Both the position numbers and the translations under genes were made by a program. DNA of 32,000 bases from an uncultured bacterium. GTDB lineage: Bacteria > Auribacterota > JACPWU01. Shown here piece by piece: positions 18,039-26,263 of this stretch; positions within the stretch are counted from its first letter, which is position 1, and every line of letters begins with the position of its first letter. The stretch lies in assembly GCA_964640155.1 (NCBI GenBank), contig CAZXEQ010000002.1, positions 390,001-422,000 on the forward strand, written 5' to 3'. Below the pieces are notes generated by a model. The model saw only the letters and a list, made by a program, of their open reading frames with translations. It had not been told where the DNA came from and did not search any database.

Positions 18039-19457
18039 TTATAACTCCAAAAATATTTTCCCCTTTACCAGGGTTTCTTCGTATTCTGCTTGAGGATCTG
18101 AATCCCAGACAATTCCGCTTCCTACTTGAAAAGAAAGAGTTCCCTCATGATGAATTAATGTCCGAATGAGTATGGACAAATCAGTCATAGCATTAAATCC
18201 AATAACCCCGAAAGTTCCAGTATAAATATTTCTTCGTGTAGGCTCAAGTTCTTCTATAATTTGCATAGAGCGAATCTTCGGGGCTCCTGTGATAGAACCT
18301 CCAGGGAAGGTGGCTTTGAGAACATCAAAAACATCAAGACCTTCTTTTAAAGTTCCTGAGATATCTCCTGCTAAATGAAAAACAGTTGGATGTGTTTCAA
18401 TGCGCTTAAGATCAGACACATGGATAGATCCATATTCACAAACTCGACCTAAATCATTTCTTTCTAAATCAATAATCATGAGAAGTTCAGCGGCATCTTT
18501 TGAACTACAAAGCAGTTCTTCTTTTAGATTTTTGTCCTGTTGAGGCGTTTGTCCACGAGGGCGTGTTCCTTTGATGGGGGAGGTTTGAATGAATTTATTT
18601 TTGATTTTCAAAAAGCGTTCAGGGGAGAGGCTAAGAAGGGTTGCATCAGGGGTTCTAAAATATGCCGCATGAGGGGCGGGATTTTGAATGAGTAATTTTT
18701 GGAATAAATTAAAAGAATCCCCATGATATTCAGAAGTAAATCGTTGAGAAAGGTTGACTTGGTAAATATCTCCTTTAGCAATGTAGTCTTTTGCTTTTCG
18801 AATCGTTTCCAAATAATTTTTTTTGTCGAAGTTCGATTTCCAGTTAAACCGTAGCGGGTCCTGCCACTTGACAGCCCCACCGTGCTCACTAAAAGTTGCG
18901 CTCGGTAGGGCCCTCCGTCGAGTGTCACCCGCAACATCAATTTTCTTGGCAGATGATATTTCTAGATTTTTCTTTAATTCCAAAATTTTTGATTGAACAT
19001 CTTTTTGATTTTCTCCAGGAAGAGCAATAGCAATGATATTTCCTTTTGTTTCAAAAGAGTTATAAAGATAAGCACAATCGTAAAAACCCATCACAATATC
19101 AGGAAAATTTTGATCATCCTTTGATGGGTGGGGAGTACGTTCTAACTTTCTTGCAAAGTCATATCCAATATATCCGATGAGCCCCCCTTGAAAAAAGGGA
19201 GTTTCTGAAAAACCAGATGCGTAAGATTGATATAATTTCGACAATTCTTTTAAAGGGTCAGAGGAAGAAAAAGTTTTTATTTCTCCATTTCTTTTAATGA
19301 TTTCAACGTGGGATCCTTTGCTTTTGAAAATGAGAAAGGGATTGAATCCCATTAGAATTTGTTTTTCATGATGGAAAAAGAAAGAATAAGATTCTTGACT
19401 GAGTGAGAAAAAGACTTCAATGGGAGGGAGTTTTGGAGTCCAAGATTGAATTTCCAT
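18039..19457 (-). CDS. pabB: Aminodeoxychorismate synthase component I (chorismate-binding enzyme)
   Basis: GDIYQVNLSQRF, IDLERNDLGRVC and FPGGSITGAPKIRSMQIIEELEPTRRNIYTG are chorismate-utilising enzyme motifs. Pairing with a class IV aminotransferase favours PabB over TrpE. Confidence 0.82.
   Translation of the reverse strand: MEIQSWTPKLPPIEVFFSLSQESYSFFFHHEKQILMGFNPFLIFKSKGSHVEIIKRNGEIKTFSSSDPLKELSKLYQSYASGFSETPFFQGGLIGYIGYDFARKLERTPHPSKDDQNFPDIVMGFYDCAYLYNSFETKGNIIAIALPGENQKDVQSKILELKKNLEISSAKKIDVAGDTRRRALPSATFSEHGGAVKWQDPLRFNWKSNFDKKNYLETIRKAKDYIAKGDIYQVNLSQRFTSEYHGDSFNLFQKLLIQNPAPHAAYFRTPDATLLSLSPERFLKIKNKFIQTSPIKGTRPRGQTPQQDKNLKEELLCSSKDAAELLMIIDLERNDLGRVCEYGSIHVSDLKRIETHPTVFHLAGDISGTLKEGLDVFDVLKATFPGGSITGAPKIRSMQIIEELEPTRRNIYTGTFGVIGFNAMTDLSILIRTLIHHEGTLSFQVGSGIVWDSDPQAEYEETLVKGKIFLEL
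18855..18932 (-). repeat. GC-rich 78-nt palindromic element, copy 2 (in-frame inside pabB)
   Basis: Exactly 26 codons, translated as AGDTRRRALPSATFSEHGGAVKWQDP, and inverted relative to copy 1. Confidence 0.85.
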
Positions 19458-19501
19458 GGAAGTTTATGATCCTATACAAAAGTATGATCTTTTAAGAAGA
19501 G

Positions 19502-19512
19502 GCGGGTCCTGC
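19502..19512. repeat. 11-nt fragment identical to the element terminus (GCGGGTCCTGC)
   Basis: Identical to 18854-18864, in the 59-nt spacer between the acyl-CoA ligase stop and the pabB start. Confidence 0.45.
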
Positions 19513-19516
19513 TATT

Positions 19517-21223
19517 TTAATCTAATGCTCCACCAATGGGTTGAGCCCCTTTCTGTTGGAGTAAATCAAATATTTCTTTACGCTTGAGTTTAAGTGTGGT
19601 TGTTTTGGGAAGTTCATCCCATATTTCAAAGCCACGTATTCTTTTATAGTCTGCAACTCTTAAATTAGTTTCCTTAATGGTTTCTTGCAACTTGCTTTCA
19701 ATTTCTGAATTGTTCCGAGGAATTTCTCCCGGTTCTATACCCCAAGCTCTGAAAACCTCTAAATTCGGAACTAGAAGAGCATAAACCCATTCATCCATTT
19801 TAAAATCTTTAGATTCTTTTTTAAGTCCAACCACACAGGCTTCTTTAATCCAGGGATGCCGTCCAAGTTCTTCTTCTAATTCTTCTGGGTAAACATTTTT
19901 TCCGCCTCGAGTAACAATCACATTTTTCATGCGGCCTGAAATGTGTAAGAACCCTCGGGCGTCAAAAAAGCCTATATCTCCTGTATGAAGCCATCCTTCT
20001 TTTAGAATCTCAGAAGTTGCTTCGGGATTATGATAATAGCCTTTCATGATGTTAGGTCCTCTAGCGATAATCTCTCCATTCTCGATTTTAATTTGAACAC
20101 CAGGAATGGGACGGCCCACGGAACCGATGGTGTTTTGAGTTGGAGTGTTAACCGTAAGAATAGGACTTGTTTCTGTGAGGCCATAGCCTTGATAAATGGG
20201 GATACCTAGAAGCAAAAATTCTTCTATGATTTTAGGGTCAATAGGAGCTCCCCCTGAAATAAAAAATCTAAAAGAAGGACTTAACCGATTCTTGATCGGT
20301 TTAAAAAGAATATGCCCAATCGGGAGTCCAAGCCATTGTGAAGTTTTAGAAATAATCCGTAGTGTTTTAAAAACGATATTTTGAACCTTTGAGAGAGCTT
20401 CAATTTTAGCTTTGATTTGGTGATACATCAATTGAATGAGAGCAGGAACAGCGATTAAGACGGTCGCGTTATTTTCCTGCATGCGTTCGACGAGAGTCGG
20501 CCCTTTCAGATTTTCAACGTAAGTCACTGTTATTCCCATATGGATTGGAATGAGGAAGTCTGCTGTGATCGCATAGGTATGACAAAGAGGTAAACAAGAA
20601 ACAAATTGGTCATTAGGCGAGAAAGGAAAAATGGAAGAAACAGACTCGACATTCGATGCGATATTATGATGAGTTAACATCACCCCTTTGGGAGATCCTG
20701 TGGTCCCAGAAGTATAGAGAATGATAGCAAGATCTTCTGTTCGAACCTTTTCAAGAGATTGTGTCCCAGACTCTTTTGCTGTGGAAATAAATTTTGAAAG
20801 AGTAAGGAGCTCAGACGTTTCTTCATCCAGGACAATGAGTTTAGGTTGAGAGGGTGCTTTTGGGGCAATGGTCAAAAGAATAGATTTAAATTTAGACGAG
20901 GTGAAAACGACTTTACATTCTGAATGATGGATAATGTTTTCAATGGAATGGTCTTTAAGTTTAGAATCAATAGGAACAACGACCCCTCCGGCCCACAAAA
21001 TGCCAAAAAATGCGAGGCCCCAATAGGGATGGTTTTCTGTCATGATTCCAATACGATCCCCTTTTCGTATGCCTATATTTTTAAGGGCAATCGCTATTTT
21101 TTGAGAAGAATCATGAAGTTCTTGATAGGTGATTTTGAAATAATTTTTTTCTTGTTTAATCTGTAGAGCAATCTTCGATCCAAAAGAAGATGTATTTTGA
21201 ATAAAATGAACGAGTGTATTCAT
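19517..21223 (-). CDS. AMP-forming long-chain acyl-CoA ligase family protein
   Basis: 568 aa with AMP-binding motifs YTSGTTGSPKGVMLTHHN, QGYGLTETSP and TGDIG. Substrate unknown. Confidence 0.82.
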   Translation of the reverse strand: MNTLVHFIQNTSSFGSKIALQIKQEKNYFKITYQELHDSSQKIAIALKNIGIRKGDRIGIMTENHPYWGLAFFGILWAGGVVVPIDSKLKDHSIENIIHHSECKVVFTSSKFKSILLTIAPKAPSQPKLIVLDEETSELLTLSKFISTAKESGTQSLEKVRTEDLAIILYTSGTTGSPKGVMLTHHNIASNVESVSSIFPFSPNDQFVSCLPLCHTYAITADFLIPIHMGITVTYVENLKGPTLVERMQENNATVLIAVPALIQLMYHQIKAKIEALSKVQNIVFKTLRIISKTSQWLGLPIGHILFKPIKNRLSPSFRFFISGGAPIDPKIIEEFLLLGIPIYQGYGLTETSPILTVNTPTQNTIGSVGRPIPGVQIKIENGEIIARGPNIMKGYYHNPEATSEILKEGWLHTGDIGFFDARGFLHISGRMKNVIVTRGGKNVYPEELEEELGRHPWIKEACVVGLKKESKDFKMDEWVYALLVPNLEVFRAWGIEPGEIPRNNSEIESKLQETIKETNLRVADYKRIRGFEIWDELPKTTTLKLKRKEIFDLLQQKGAQPIGGALD

Positions 21224-21308
21224 GTTCTAAAAATATACACGATTTTTAAGCAGAAAGGGTATTAAAAAAGGTATATGGAGGATAAATTCTCTCACTCCTA
21301 ATATGGAC

Positions 21309-21336
21309 TTGAATTTCAAGGGGGGGATGGTAAAAT
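21309..21336 (+). promoter_or_regulatory. Candidate sigma70-type promoter for the pgs cluster
   Basis: TTGAAT (21309-21314), a 16-nt spacer, then TAAAAT (21331-21336), about 30 nt upstream of the pgsB ATG. Based on pattern match only. Confidence 0.3.
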
Positions 21337-21366
21337 GCCCGATAAACTTAGGGGTTTTAAGGCTTC

Positions 21367-22590
21367 ATGGTTGTTGTTTCAGTTCTTATTGTCTTTCTGC
21401 TGATATATGGTTTCTGGGAATATTTTTCTCATCTTAGAAATCTTAAAGCCATCCCATTGCGCATTCATGTCAATGGCACTCGCGGGAAATCAAGTGTGAC
21501 ACGATTGATTACTGCAGGTCTTCGTGCGGGAGGCAAAATGGCTTTAGGCAAGACAACAGGAACTGCACCGCATGTGATTTTAGAAAATGGTGCTGAGACA
21601 CAAATTTATCGGCCAGGATCGGCAAATATTATCGAACAAGTAAAATTTATTTCAAAAGCCAGGGAACGTCGTGCTCAAGTAGTTGTTGTTGAATGTATGG
21701 CACTTCAGCCTGTTTTTCAATGGCTGACAGAGCATAAAATCATTAGAGCTCAAAAAGGAGTTATCACCAATATTAGATCAGATCATATGGATGTGATGGG
21801 TACATCCTTGGAGGAAATTACGGATGCTTTATCTAATACGATTCCTTTTCACGCAAAGTTTTTCACCGCCGAGAACAAGCCCGAGTTATTAAAACAGTTA
21901 AATGACATTTGCCAAAAGAGAAATACAGAATTTATAACAGCTCATGAGGATGATGTTGCTTGGGCAGAGATGAAAGGTTTTAGCTATATTGAGCATAGAG
22001 AAAATGTTGCTCTGGCATTGAAAGTTTGTGAAGATTGCGGAGTGGATCGTGAAACGGCTCTGGCTGGAATGATTCAGGCTATTCCAGATCCGGGTGTTTT
22101 AAGAATGTATCATATTCGATTTTTTAACAAAGATATTCAGTTTGTAAATGCCTTTGCAGCCAATGATGCTGACTCGACTGTTTTAATATGGAATCGATTG
22201 ACAGAAGGGTTAGAGGCGGATCGCAAAAAAATTGTGTTGCTCAATTCAAGAGCGGATCGCATTCAAAGAAGTGAACAAATGGGTGTTTTAATTGCAAAAG
22301 ATTTACCTGCAGATACATATTTTCTAGCGGGAGATTTTACGAAAGCTATTGAGGATGAAGCTGTTCGTTTAGGGTTGCCAGAAGAAAAAATAGAAAATGT
22401 TGGAACAACATCTGTTTCGAATATTTTTGAAAAGGTTTTGGAATATACTCCAGAGCGTTCAATGGTTTTTGCCATTGGCAACATTGGGGGAATGGGACAA
22501 GAAATTGTGGATTTTTTTAAACATCGTGGAGGTTTAAGTGATTCAGGAGTCAGTGGGATTAGGCCTGGTTCTGAGCCTTATATTTTCTGA
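21367..22590 (+). CDS. pgsB: Poly-gamma-glutamate synthase PgsB/CapB
   Basis: N-terminal TM segment, then PLRIHVNGTRGKSSVTRLITAGL, IRSDHMDVMG, NAFAANDADST and NSRADRIQRS. These are collinear with B. subtilis PgsB as I recall it. Confidence 0.88.
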   Translation: MVVVSVLIVFLLIYGFWEYFSHLRNLKAIPLRIHVNGTRGKSSVTRLITAGLRAGGKMALGKTTGTAPHVILENGAETQIYRPGSANIIEQVKFISKARERRAQVVVVECMALQPVFQWLTEHKIIRAQKGVITNIRSDHMDVMGTSLEEITDALSNTIPFHAKFFTAENKPELLKQLNDICQKRNTEFITAHEDDVAWAEMKGFSYIEHRENVALALKVCEDCGVDRETALAGMIQAIPDPGVLRMYHIRFFNKDIQFVNAFAANDADSTVLIWNRLTEGLEADRKKIVLLNSRADRIQRSEQMGVLIAKDLPADTYFLAGDFTKAIEDEAVRLGLPEEKIENVGTTSVSNIFEKVLEYTPERSMVFAIGNIGGMGQEIVDFFKHRGGLSDSGVSGIRPGSEPYIF

Positions 22591-22981
22591 GATTTTTGGA
22601 TTGGCCGCTGGAGGAATGGTCGTACCAGGGTATTTGGCTTTAAATATTCATGATCCTCAGAAAGTGACAGGTACGATTTTAGTGGGCTTAGCAACGTATG
22701 CGTTGGTGCGTTTTCTTTCTAATTTTATGTTTATTTATGGTAGACGCCGCACCGTGATTACCATTTTAATAGCATTCGCCTTTGGATGGGTGTCCCGCTC
22801 TTTTTTTGCATGGCAAATAAAAGATGTAGATGTGGAATTGGCTTCCATTGGGTATATTATTCCAGGCCTTATTGCTATTTGGATGGAACGACAGGGTATT
22901 ATTGCAACGATTTCAACCATGTTAATTGTTTCGGTTTTGATTCGCCTTATTTTGATTGTTTTAACCTTAGGAAAGATTTAA
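22538..22981 (+). CDS. pgsC: Poly-gamma-glutamate biosynthesis membrane protein PgsC/CapC
   Basis: 147 aa. LSLIFSEIFGLAAGGMVVPGYLAL, YGRRR and IIPGLIA match PgsC. GTG start with a 53-nt overlap with pgsB. Confidence 0.85.
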   Translation: MIQESVGLGLVLSLIFSEIFGLAAGGMVVPGYLALNIHDPQKVTGTILVGLATYALVRFLSNFMFIYGRRRTVITILIAFAFGWVSRSFFAWQIKDVDVELASIGYIIPGLIAIWMERQGIIATISTMLIVSVLIRLILIVLTLGKI

Positions 22982-24094
22982 ATGCCTGCAAAGAAAATCT
23001 CTCATCGAACATTGGTAGGACTCGCCATGATTGCATTGTTACTCTTTTTTCTTGCTTTCAATTCTTACCAAATCATCCAACAGCCCTGGCATAATGAAAA
23101 GCTGAAAGCATCTCGTTTGGCTTTGATTGCAGCCAATGCTCTTAAAGCCCGTGCAATTGAAAAGGGTTTGGTTATTGATGCAGTGAACGATCCAAATTTG
23201 ACAGGATTGATTGGGGAAGAACGCACGTATATCACCACCGATGAGGGTCTTTTACAGGCAAAATTGACGACCACCAACCCTAATTTTGCAGCTGCTATTG
23301 TGGATATGCTTAAACAAGCAGGCCTTAAAAAGGGCGACACTCTTGCGGTGGGACTTACAGGTTCCATGCCTGCGATGAATTTAGCCGCTTTGGCCGCGAT
23401 AGAAGCTTTAGAGTTAAAACCTATTATTATTGCCTCTGTAGGTGCATCTAATTGGGGTGCGACAAACCCTGATTTTACCTGGCTTGATATGGAAAAATAT
23501 CTTTTTGATAAAAAGATATTTCACTTTCGTTCAGTAGGTGCTTCTATTGGAGGAGGCCATGACAAGGGGAGAGGATTAAGTAGCTTAGGACGGCAACTTA
23601 TCGAAAAAGCCATTCAAAGAACAGGTTTGACGCTTATTCAAGGAAATAGTTTAGAAGAGTCGATTCAAAAAAGGATGGAAGTCTATGATCAATATTCAAA
23701 ATCTCATCCCATCAAAGCCTATATCAATATAGGTGGTGGGTTATCGAGTTTAGGGGCAGCAATTAATGGACAACGAATTCCACCGGGTCTTTCCAAAAAT
23801 TTGGCTTTGAAAAATCTACCGGTAAAAGGCGTCATCGTCCATATGGCAGAACGAGGAATTCCTATTATTCATTTGCTGAATGTTCAAACATTGGCGCGAA
23901 TGTATGGTTTCCCCATTGCCCCTCAACCTCTGCCTGAAATTGGAGAAGGAAAGATATTTTTTGAAACCCGCCATCATGTTATGATTGCTGGCCTATGTAT
24001 TGTCCTTTTAGTAGGATGCATTGTTGTTTTTGTAAGATTAGATCTGTTTCATCGCCTTTTTATGAAAAGAGTTTCTCAAGGATCAAAAATTTAA
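22982..24094 (+). CDS. Poly-gamma-glutamate system protein, non-CapA type (recalled as TIGR04332-like)
   Basis: 370 aa with N- and C-terminal TM segments. It shows no resemblance to the CapA/PgsA metallophosphatase-like sequence. It sits in the third-gene slot, with its ATG directly after the pgsC TAA. Confidence 0.5.
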   Translation: MPAKKISHRTLVGLAMIALLLFFLAFNSYQIIQQPWHNEKLKASRLALIAANALKARAIEKGLVIDAVNDPNLTGLIGEERTYITTDEGLLQAKLTTTNPNFAAAIVDMLKQAGLKKGDTLAVGLTGSMPAMNLAALAAIEALELKPIIIASVGASNWGATNPDFTWLDMEKYLFDKKIFHFRSVGASIGGGHDKGRGLSSLGRQLIEKAIQRTGLTLIQGNSLEESIQKRMEVYDQYSKSHPIKAYINIGGGLSSLGAAINGQRIPPGLSKNLALKNLPVKGVIVHMAERGIPIIHLLNVQTLARMYGFPIAPQPLPEIGEGKIFFETRHHVMIAGLCIVLLVGCIVVFVRLDLFHRLFMKRVSQGSKI

Positions 24095-24107
24095 AATATG
24101 GACTTAT

Positions 24108-25061
24108 ATGTTTCAGAATAAGAATTTTGTTGAAAATAGAAAAATTTTTAGTTTTGCTCTTTTTTTCTTTATAGGGATGATGGTGCATATTGATGGGGCG
24201 AGTGCAAAAAATCTGGTTTGGGATGAATTTGCTCCAGTACAATATGACGAAAAAGTGGAAGCAAGTTTGAAAGGAAAAAAAGCAGATCTTTACAGTTGTA
24301 CTAAAGCTCATGCGATTGAATTTGAGTTAAAAGGCCCTCGTAAAATTTTGATTCATATACGAAATGTTTTCCAAACACAACACGAAGAAATGAAAGCATA
24401 TCGTATTAATGTTTTGTTAGATGGCCGCAATTTTGATGAATATTCTTTTCGCTCAGCCCCTACAAATCTAGCAACGATTTTGGGAGACAATATTTCGTCT
24501 CGTAAATTAGGCATGCTACGTAAAATTGTGTTAGAAATTCCGGAAGGGGTTCATCGATTAAAATTTTTTCCATCTCATGAAGAAGAACCCTTGCTTTTGA
24601 GATGTTTTGCTTCTGAGATTTTTTCTCAAGGAGAAAAACATGTTGCTATGAGCCCAGAAAAGTATGCCCAAGTTGTAGGTATGATTTTTCAAGAGAAGGA
24701 AATGACCTATTATCGCATGACGCCAGAAAAACCTATTCAATTGACAGTCGTCGGTCCTACCGAGATCAAAGTCGTAACTCGATTAGAATTTAATCAACGG
24801 ATGAAAGGCAAGTTTTCTTATCAAATTCAGGTTTTTGAAGATGATCGTTTGGTTCAAACCAGGCAATATCGTACGTATAAGTCGGATGTTGTTTCTTATC
24901 AGAAAGTGACCAACGTGACTGCAGGACGGTCGCGTTCTTTTTTAATTCCTGTACGTAAGGGAAAACATGTTTATCGGTTTGTTCCTGTGACTTCACAAAA
25001 AGAAACAGTCATAGCAAAAATACTAATTCCACGTAAGGATGTGGGAGTGACGGAGAAATAA
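24108..25061 (+). CDS. Hypothetical secreted protein with two tandem homologous modules
   Basis: Signal-like N-terminus ending in ...GASA. Modules at aa 69-168 and 209-308 share GP..I...R..F, Y.I.V..D and G.H...F.P motifs. No family recognised. Confidence 0.6.
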   Translation: MFQNKNFVENRKIFSFALFFFIGMMVHIDGASAKNLVWDEFAPVQYDEKVEASLKGKKADLYSCTKAHAIEFELKGPRKILIHIRNVFQTQHEEMKAYRINVLLDGRNFDEYSFRSAPTNLATILGDNISSRKLGMLRKIVLEIPEGVHRLKFFPSHEEEPLLLRCFASEIFSQGEKHVAMSPEKYAQVVGMIFQEKEMTYYRMTPEKPIQLTVVGPTEIKVVTRLEFNQRMKGKFSYQIQVFEDDRLVQTRQYRTYKSDVVSYQKVTNVTAGRSRSFLIPVRKGKHVYRFVPVTSQKETVIAKILIPRKDVGVTEK

Positions 25062-25062
25062 A

Positions 25063-25524
25063 ATGAAATTTTTAGATTTTTTAAAACCTGAGAGTATTCG
25101 TATTCATATGAAGGCTGCGAACAAGGAAGAAATTATTCGAACACTTGTTAATTTAGCTGTTACCACCTGTAGATTTGCTCAACCTCAAGAAATATTGAAA
25201 GCGGTTCAGGACCGAGAAGCTCTTATGAGTACAGGTGTGGGTAAAGGAGTCGCAATTCCTCATGGTAAAGCGGATTGTGTATCAGAATTAGGAGGAGCTT
25301 TAGTGATTTTAGATTCAGGGGTTGATTTTGGATCTCCTGATGGGCTTCCTGTGCGCATTGCTATTTTATTATTGTCTTCAACAAAAGAAACAGGGCCGCA
25401 TATCCGTGCACTCGCTCACATTTCTAGAGCTCTTCAAGACGAAAAAATCAGAGAAGGTCTTCTTCAGGCAAAAAGTGTCAGAGAAGTTTTAGATGTTCTT
25501 GCTCAGAAAGAAGCTGTATTTTAA
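25063..25524 (+). CDS. ptsN: PTS EIIA(Ntr)-type regulatory protein
   Basis: 153 aa with REALMSTGVGKGVAIPHGK, the active-site His context of the EIIA fructose/mannitol/Ntr family. Confidence 0.8.
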   Translation: MKFLDFLKPESIRIHMKAANKEEIIRTLVNLAVTTCRFAQPQEILKAVQDREALMSTGVGKGVAIPHGKADCVSELGGALVILDSGVDFGSPDGLPVRIAILLLSSTKETGPHIRALAHISRALQDEKIREGLLQAKSVREVLDVLAQKEAVF

Positions 25525-25579
25525 AAATAATTCACAATGAGTTTCAGATTTAAAGTTCATTTTAACCAAATGACTTTAG

Positions 25580-26263
25580 ATGATCAACCGCATGATCTCT
25601 ATCATTATCCCCACTTTTCAAGAAGAACATTTTCTTGAACCTTTACTTCATCAACTTACTACAGATTCATTCCCTCATGAAATCATTGTAGTAGATGCAG
25701 GAAGTAAAGATAAAACAGTTGAAATCGCTCAAGCTTTTTCAAAAGTTGTGTATTCACTTAAAGGGCGAGGTCTTCAAATGAATGCAGGAGCCAGAGAAGC
25801 CCAAGGGGATGTCCTTTTATTTCTTCATGCAGATTGCTTGATTGAATCAGGATCTTTAAGACAAATAGACAAAGTTTTAAAGCAGGGGTTTATTGGAGGA
25901 TGTTTGAAACAAAAAATTAAAGCAAATCACGCGTCTTATCGTTTCTTAGAGTGGTCTGGAAATGTGCGTGCTAAATTAAGACATATTTTTTATGGAGATC
26001 AGGGTATTTTTGTAAGAAAAGATGTTTTTGAATCTTTGAATGGATTCAAGCCGTGGCCTCTTTTTGAAGATGTTGAATTTTCTCAAAGATTACGACTAAA
26101 AGGTCGCACCATTGTTCTATCAAAAAAAATATTTGTCTCTAATCGCAGATGGGCAAAACAGGGAATTCTGAAAACCACTTGGATGAATCGACGGCTATTA
26201 ACTTTATATCGGCAAGGGGTCTCACCTCACATTCTAGCTGAACAATACCATGATATACGATAA
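25580..26263 (+). CDS. Family 2 glycosyltransferase (TIGR04283-like)
   Basis: ISIIIPTFQEE, VVDAGSKD, LLFLHADC and PLFEDVEFSQRL are GT2-like. It is paired with a DUF2064 gene. An alternative start exists at 25592. Confidence 0.8.
   Translation: MINRMISIIIPTFQEEHFLEPLLHQLTTDSFPHEIIVVDAGSKDKTVEIAQAFSKVVYSLKGRGLQMNAGAREAQGDVLLFLHADCLIESGSLRQIDKVLKQGFIGGCLKQKIKANHASYRFLEWSGNVRAKLRHIFYGDQGIFVRKDVFESLNGFKPWPLFEDVEFSQRLRLKGRTIVLSKKIFVSNRRWAKQGILKTTWMNRRLLTLYRQGVSPHILAEQYHDIR

Noticed and set aside
17984-18169. 61-aa + strand ORF, and the 110-aa minus-strand ORF at 18608-18940
   Set aside because: Both are seeded by the stop-free GC-rich element. They overlap pabB or the spacer and have no protein-like features.
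19458-19516. Hairpin gatcctatac-aaaa-gtatgatc considered as a terminator for the acyl-CoA ligase gene
   Set aside because: The stem is short, AT-rich and bulged, and there is no T-run on the relevant (minus) strand.
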